This document shows, piece by piece, positions 59,212-64,000 of a DNA stretch of 64,000 nucleotides; position 1 is the stretch's first letter; each line of letters starts with the position of its first letter. Position numbers and translations under genes: made by a program. The notes under the pieces were generated by a model that was not told where the DNA came from, did not search any database, and saw nothing but the letters and a program-made list of their open reading frames with translations. Location: the sequence record CP113993.1. One strand, given 5' to 3'. Origin of the DNA: a plasmid.

Positions 59212-59724
59212 ATGTCGCAACAGTCTCTTTCTACTTTTTTGCACGCATCGCTGCTGGTGCGTGATATTCACGGACACTATTTACCAGCAACTGACAAACA
59301 GATCCTGGATGCTGCTTGTCAGATCATCGATTTGAAAATGCAGCGGGGAGCGCAATTTACTGCTGCATCGTCCACCCGGGATTATCTGTCTGTCAAACTG
59401 GCCAATTATGAACGAGAGGTGTTTGTGGTTCTGTTTCTTGATATGCAAAATCGGCTGATTGAGTACGCTGAAATGTTCCACGGTAGCATTGGCAGTACCG
59501 AGGTTCATCCGCGCGAAATCGTCAAAAAGGCCATGCAGAATAACGCCGCGGCAGTTATTCTGGCACATAACCATCCGAGCGGAAATGCCAAACCGAGCGA
59601 CGCAGACAGAAAGATAACTCAGCATATCCGTGAAGCGCTGAGTCTGGTGGAGGTTCGGACGCTCGATCATATCATTGTCGGCGGCAACGATACCATATCA
59701 TTCGCGGAGCACGGGTGGTTGTAA
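59212..59724 (+). CDS. RadC-like JAB/MPN-domain protein (YeeS/YkfG family)
   Basis: 170 aa; JAMM-like HNHPSG(N)AKPSDAD motif; VVLFLDMQNRLIEY. Confidence 0.8.
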   Translation: MSQQSLSTFLHASLLVRDIHGHYLPATDKQILDAACQIIDLKMQRGAQFTAASSTRDYLSVKLANYEREVFVVLFLDMQNRLIEYAEMFHGSIGSTEVHPREIVKKAMQNNAAAVILAHNHPSGNAKPSDADRKITQHIREALSLVEVRTLDHIIVGGNDTISFAEHGWL

Positions 59725-60510
59725 CATGCGGGGCTGCGGCCCCTTTTTGGCTGAGGCTGGGTATTCCGGCTTTTCTGTGATCGCGGTCAGTCCGGTTTCA
59801 TGCACCACATCGTCACACTTCCCAGCCGTCAGGGCTGCATAATCTGTGGTCATTGTCTGTCATCGCAATTCACTCCTTGGCTCGCGGCTGGCGGTACAAG
59901 GCGCTGTATACAAGGTTGTGTCTTCGCTGTACTACGGACTGCACACCCCCATGCTTGTTACCCTTGTCACCTGACTAGTGCCCTGCGTCCCGTCAGCTGC
60001 GGATGATAAACTCAGGAAAGATTAGAATAAAGCTGCCCCCGCTTTTTCACGTCAGTCCTCCCGGACAGGATGCCAGGAATATGTCGCTTTCACGGGATCT
60101 GAGCCACCTGGCGTAATGCCTGCACGGTCAAGTAGTCGATCTCTAATGGCTGCGGTATGGCAGAAATCTGTGACAAATTGTCGGAAAGGGCTGGCACCAT
60201 TGACTGTCATCCCCTTTTGCTTCAGACGAGAGGGCATCATTGGCCACCGCTGGCACAGCATACCGGTGTGCAGCGATTTTAGGCTCCGTTGACCGTATCA
60301 GTGGTGCCCGCTTTCCTTTGCAGACAGGTTTCAGATGTCAGTTCGCTTGCCGTAAAATGGGGGATTCTGACGCCGTTCTCTTTCAGTGTGCCGGCCTACT
60401 GAAGGTTCCCCGGCGTGCTGAGTACGGGGGACGTCAAGTTTCCCGGCTGACGCTCTTTCCGGGATATGGTGATGTTATTTTCAACCAATACCAACACATG
60501 CAGAACTTGG

Positions 60511-60613
60511 ATATGTTTAAAAAATAGAAAAATATGTACATATTCGCTTGATGTGTCGATCTGACGTACATCTAATCGACATATGTCGATAAAATTGGAT
60601 TTTTTAAACATGT
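60511..60613. promoter_or_regulatory. nested inverted-repeat region spanning the fic start codon
   Basis: outer arms ATATGTTTAAAAAAT (60511-60525) / ATTTTTTAAACATGT (60599-60613); inner perfect 14-bp palindrome TCGACATATGTCGA (60576-60589); TGTCGAT/ATCGACA at 60554-60581. Confidence 0.45.
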
Positions 60614-61686
60614 TATGGCAACCAGAACGACCCTTTAACCAGCTTCCGCTTTTACCTCCTGAACTCTCTCAAATAGAGACGCGGGCAGTGCTAAGAGCCT
60701 ACATTAAGGCCAGATCAGCTCTTGCTTAACTGAAAACAGCCGGGCAGTTGCTTCCCGAGCAGGGGCTACTGGTTAACATTCTTCCAATGCTGGAAGCGAA
60801 AGACTCTTCCCGTATCGAGAATATTGTGACAACCAGCGATCAGTTGTTCCAGTATGCGGACCGTGAAGAACTGGCTGACCCGGCTACTAAAGAAGCGTTG
60901 CGTTATCGTACAGCGATGTATGAAGGGGTGAAACATATCGGGAAATATCCATTATGTACTTCTACAGCAGCGGCTATCTGTACCACGCTACGCGGTGTTG
61001 ATACTTATGTACGTAAAACTCCCGGAACGGTACTACGCGATCAACATATGAATGTGGTTTATACGCCGCCTGAAGGTGAAGAGGTTATCCGTGGTTTGCT
61101 GACTAACTGGGAAACGTTTATTCATGCTCAGGACGAGATAGACCCACTTGTGAAAATGGCAGTTGCACATTACCAGTTTGAGTGTATTCACCCATTCCCG
61201 GATGGCAATGGGCGTACCGGGCGCATTCTGAATATTCTCTATCTGATCCAGAGTGAATTGCTGTCATTACCAATACTTTATCTTTCACGCTTTATTCTGG
61301 AACGACGTGCTGACTATTATGCGTTGTTGCGTGACGTTACAGTGAGGCAGGCATGGGAAGAATGGGTATTGTTTATGCTGGAAGGTGTCGCATCAACAGC
61401 AGCCTGTACGATCCAAAAGCTCGCACAGGTAAGAGCATTGATGAACAGCACGGCAGACTACGTGCGTAAAGAGCTACCAAAAATATATTCCTGGGAATTG
61501 ATTCAGGTTCTTTTTATGCAGCCTTATTGCCGTATTGAAAATGTTGTGGGAGCCGGGCTGGCACGTCGCCAGACGGCATCTGTTTATCTGAAACAGCTTG
61601 TCAGTGTTGGTGTTCTTGATGAGATGGTTTCCGGCCGAGAAAAACTCTATATCAATACCCGGTTGCTGAATGAGCTGAACGCATAA
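60610..61686 (+). pseudogene. fic: Fic-family protein (Fic_N + FIC domain) with in-frame TAA at codon 40
   Basis: N-terminus MLWQPERPFNQLPLLPPELSQIETRAVLRAYIKARSALA*LKTAGQLLPEQGLL matches Fic_N consensus (PYN.LP.LPP...LET.AVLK...A.LAELKG) with GAA to TAA at 60727-60729; FIC motif HPFPDGNGRTGR downstream; ORF-track model starts at TTG 60748. Confidence 0.6.
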
Positions 61687-61812
61687 CTGGTCCTATATAA
61701 CCGGGCTGCAATTAACAGGAACATATAGGTGATTAAGCATAAGACAACCTGCCGGGAGGAGACTGCCAGTATTCATTCTTAAAAGACCACTGGGTCTCAG
61801 GGGGGAACCCGC

Positions 61813-63021
61813 TCAGGAATTGCTCACGATTTCCTTGCTGCTTCGGATATGCCAGGCCAGAGGCAGTGTCAGCAGCAGTGTGGCGGCCAGCAGCATAATG
61901 GCATGAGGGATCCCGGAGATATCACCGATACAGCCGAACAGTATCGGTGCCAGCGTGCCGCCTCCGGTGGTTCCGGTGTAAAAGATGGCAAATGCCTGTT
62001 CGATTTTTCTTGCTCCGGCCAGGTCGGGTACGGAGCCATAAAGTACCGACGATGTACCGTTCAGCATGATCCCCAGCAGTGGCAACATCATCATCAGGGC
62101 CAGAAAGGGCAGATATACTGCGATGACGATCAATACCGCCGTGGTGAACTCCGTCAGCCACACCGTTTTCACCATGCCGATATGTGTACCCACATAGCCT
62201 GTCAGCAGTTTTCCGAAGGCACCGCCGACAAATAACAACGTCAGTCCGAGGCCAGTGTCTGTGATACCGGCACCTTTATCTTTCAGCAGAAACGGCAGAA
62301 ATGTCAGGAAACCCATTCGTGCTGCACTGTCGAGCGTGCCGATAACGGTCAGTACGTACAGCCACCGACCGGATGCCTTATCCGTGACGGGACTGGTGGT
62401 CAGAGGGGGCATGTCTGAGTGAGCAGGCCTGGACGGAATCAGCCACCACAGCAGCCCAGCCGTAGCAAGGCCAGACAGGCCCAGTAGTACGGCGCTTTCC
62501 CGCCAGTTGATGACAGCCAGTAATGCTCCGACCAGCCCGGGCAACAGGGTTTTGCCGATATCACCGGCAAAGTTATATTGTGCCAGCGCCTCTTTAACGC
62601 CACCTCCCGCGCTGTATGAATCGGTAATCAGTGAGGATGCCAGCGGATGTTGGACACTGGCGCCCAGTCCCCCCAGCAAAAGCGCCAGTAACAACGTTGT
62701 TAACCCGCCGGCCATACCCGCAAGGAGCCAGGCAATGCCCACCAGCGCCGTACCGGTGACCAGCAGACATGCCCGTCCCCGCCGTCTGGCCAGTATACCA
62801 ACGGACAGCTGGGAAACCGCCATCATCCCGGAATATGCGCCGCGCAGGAGGCCCAGCCAGGCATAACTCATCGCGAACTGAGACTGCCAGACAGGCAGTA
62901 AAACGTAGATGACATCAGTCAGCCCGTCATGTACGGCGTGAGCGCTGCAGCCTGCAAATAAGGCCCGGCGGCGAGAGCAGCCCCCGGAGAGTGACATGCT
63001 GGTATGAGTAAGACGTTTCAT
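61813..63021 (-). CDS. MFS-family transporter
   Basis: 12 predicted TM helices; start taken at internal Met MKRLTHTSMSL; Gly/Leu-rich TM composition. Confidence 0.65.
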   Translation of the reverse strand: MKRLTHTSMSLSGGCSRRRALFAGCSAHAVHDGLTDVIYVLLPVWQSQFAMSYAWLGLLRGAYSGMMAVSQLSVGILARRRGRACLLVTGTALVGIAWLLAGMAGGLTTLLLALLLGGLGASVQHPLASSLITDSYSAGGGVKEALAQYNFAGDIGKTLLPGLVGALLAVINWRESAVLLGLSGLATAGLLWWLIPSRPAHSDMPPLTTSPVTDKASGRWLYVLTVIGTLDSAARMGFLTFLPFLLKDKGAGITDTGLGLTLLFVGGAFGKLLTGYVGTHIGMVKTVWLTEFTTAVLIVIAVYLPFLALMMMLPLLGIMLNGTSSVLYGSVPDLAGARKIEQAFAIFYTGTTGGGTLAPILFGCIGDISGIPHAIMLLAATLLLTLPLAWHIRSSKEIVSNS

Positions 63022-63618
63022 AATTCGGGGCATCCATTGTACGGAGAGATGAATAATCAGACGACTGCCATCAATTGGCAACGATACGGACTACCCTGTC
63101 GAAATATGGCCAACGGGAACAGTTGTTGAAACGTAATATCAGGAACAGTAATATTTATGTTTTCTGTATTATCGGTTTTCTGTGTATACAGCTATACAAT
63201 ACTAAAATGCTTAACAGAATTAACCGCTCCTATCAAGTGTGAACGCTTTTATTTTCATAATATTATTTATTTATTTTCATTTTATAAAGATTTACAGCAT
63301 CAATGCTACAGATAATTGACTGCTCCCCGCCCAGGTTTCACCGGTGTACCGGCTGCAGATGTCACATTCGATCGGCCGGAGAGGAGGAAAGCTGCAGAGT
63401 CAGGGCTGCGGGAACTTACCGGAACCGGTGTACGTCGGGTAATCATCTGAAACAGGGAAATATTGTGACGAGTCATATGCGGGGGACTGACCACGCTGAC
63501 AGAAACGTTTCCAGATCCACTGTACGGGACGCCCGGAACATGCTGTGTTCATCGTCCTTGTATAACAAGAAGGGACCGTGGTGGAGTAAAAGCGATCCTG
63601 CGCTGAAGAAATGGCGAA

Positions 63619-63694
63619 ACGCCCCCTGGTGGGCATGACACCAGGGGGCGTTCCTAATCTTATAACTTCAGAGATGAGGTGCTGAAGTTATAAG
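63619..63694. terminator. two consecutive perfect hairpins (11-bp GC-rich stem, then 13-bp AT-rich stem)
   Basis: CGCCCCCTGGTG-ggcatgaca-CACCAGGGGGCG (63619-63650) followed by CTTATAACTTCAG-agatgaggtg-CTGAAGTTATAAG (63659-63694). Confidence 0.35.
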
Positions 63695-63901
63695 ATAATG
63701 AGTAATATCTCATCCGGAAAGCGGGTTCTCAATATTGTTTCACATTTTTGTTATTTGAAATTCATTAAGTGCAAAGCTGTGGACGCATTATTTGACATCC
63801 TCCCCGCCCAGAAACACGGGACTTTACGGCATAACCAGGTAAAAAAAAGGGCACTGTTGCAAAGTTAGCGATGAGGCAGCCTTTTGTCTTATTCAAAGGC
63901 C

Positions 63902-64000
63902 TTACATTTCAAAAACTCTGCTTACCAGGCGCATTTCGCCCAGGGGATCACCATAATAAAATGCTGAGGCCTGGCCTTTGCGTAGTGCACGCATCACCTC
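63902..64000 (-). CDS. 3' end of an unidentified gene continuing beyond the window
   Basis: open frame from window edge ...EVMRALRKGQASAFYYGDPLGEMRLVSRVFEM* with TAA at 63902-63904. Confidence 0.25.
   Translation of the reverse strand, partial: EVMRALRKGQASAFYYGDPLGEMRLVSRVFEM

Noticed and set aside
62507-62866. 119-aa + strand ORF and 128-aa ORF 61849-62235
   Set aside because: They are antisense to the MFS transporter gene. The His/Gln/Arg-rich composition is typical of the reverse frame of a GC-rich membrane-protein gene.
63303-63638. 111-aa + strand ORF upstream of the tandem hairpins
   Set aside because: Its Cys/Arg/Trp-rich composition is not protein-like. There is no RBS and it overlaps an equally implausible antisense ORF.

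Overview
This 64-kb window looks like an accessory or virulence region of an Enterobacteriaceae (E. coli-type) IncF-family plasmid. The replicon is RepFIB (repA flanked by ~20-bp iterons, with a Dam/DnaA-box origin cluster) followed by sopA and sopB, whose SopB-binding palindromes are dispersed rather than in a tandem array. The main cargo runs from ~1.4 to 12 kb. It is a complete K88/F4-Pef-type chaperone-usher fimbrial operon with FaeC-, D-, E-, F-, G-, H- and I-like genes. It has PapB-like and PapI-like regulators at the 5' end, and a LuxR-like regulator, a second PapI/PefI-like regulator and an SdiA-regulated (YjiK-like) gene at the 3' end. The window is dense in toxin-antitoxin modules: vapBC (vagCD-like), GNAT toxin with DUF1778 antitoxin, parDE, chpS/chpB (MazEF family), a RadC-like gene, and a fic gene with an in-frame stop. 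Insertion-sequence debris is abundant: a TnpB-only IS200/IS605-family element, several IS256-family fragments, an IS66 remnant, an IS110-family element, IS3, IS21 and IS630 elements or fragments, Rpn (YhgA-like) genes and fragments, and a ColE1-like mobC/oriT remnant. Two blocks stand out. At 27.0-32.9 kb a three-gene operon (TerB-N/TerB-C protein, DUF2791-type P-loop ATPase, DEAD/DEAH Lhr-like helicase) has the architecture of the Shango anti-phage system. It sits immediately 3' of a truncated P4-type integrase, which is a known defence hotspot. At 35.6-38.5 kb an AT-rich, ~950-codon SF2-helicase-like gene is split into three ORFs by shifts at an A7 and a T5 run. It is an uncharacterised candidate defence gene. 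A type IVb pilus remnant (prepilin peptidase, lytic transglycosylase, pilin-like gene) abuts IS630, and a plasmid-borne kup potassium transporter is present. Several apparent frameshifts coincide with homopolymer tracts, so some pseudogene calls may be assembly artefacts. Every family assignment rests on motif recognition in the supplied translations; no database search was possible.
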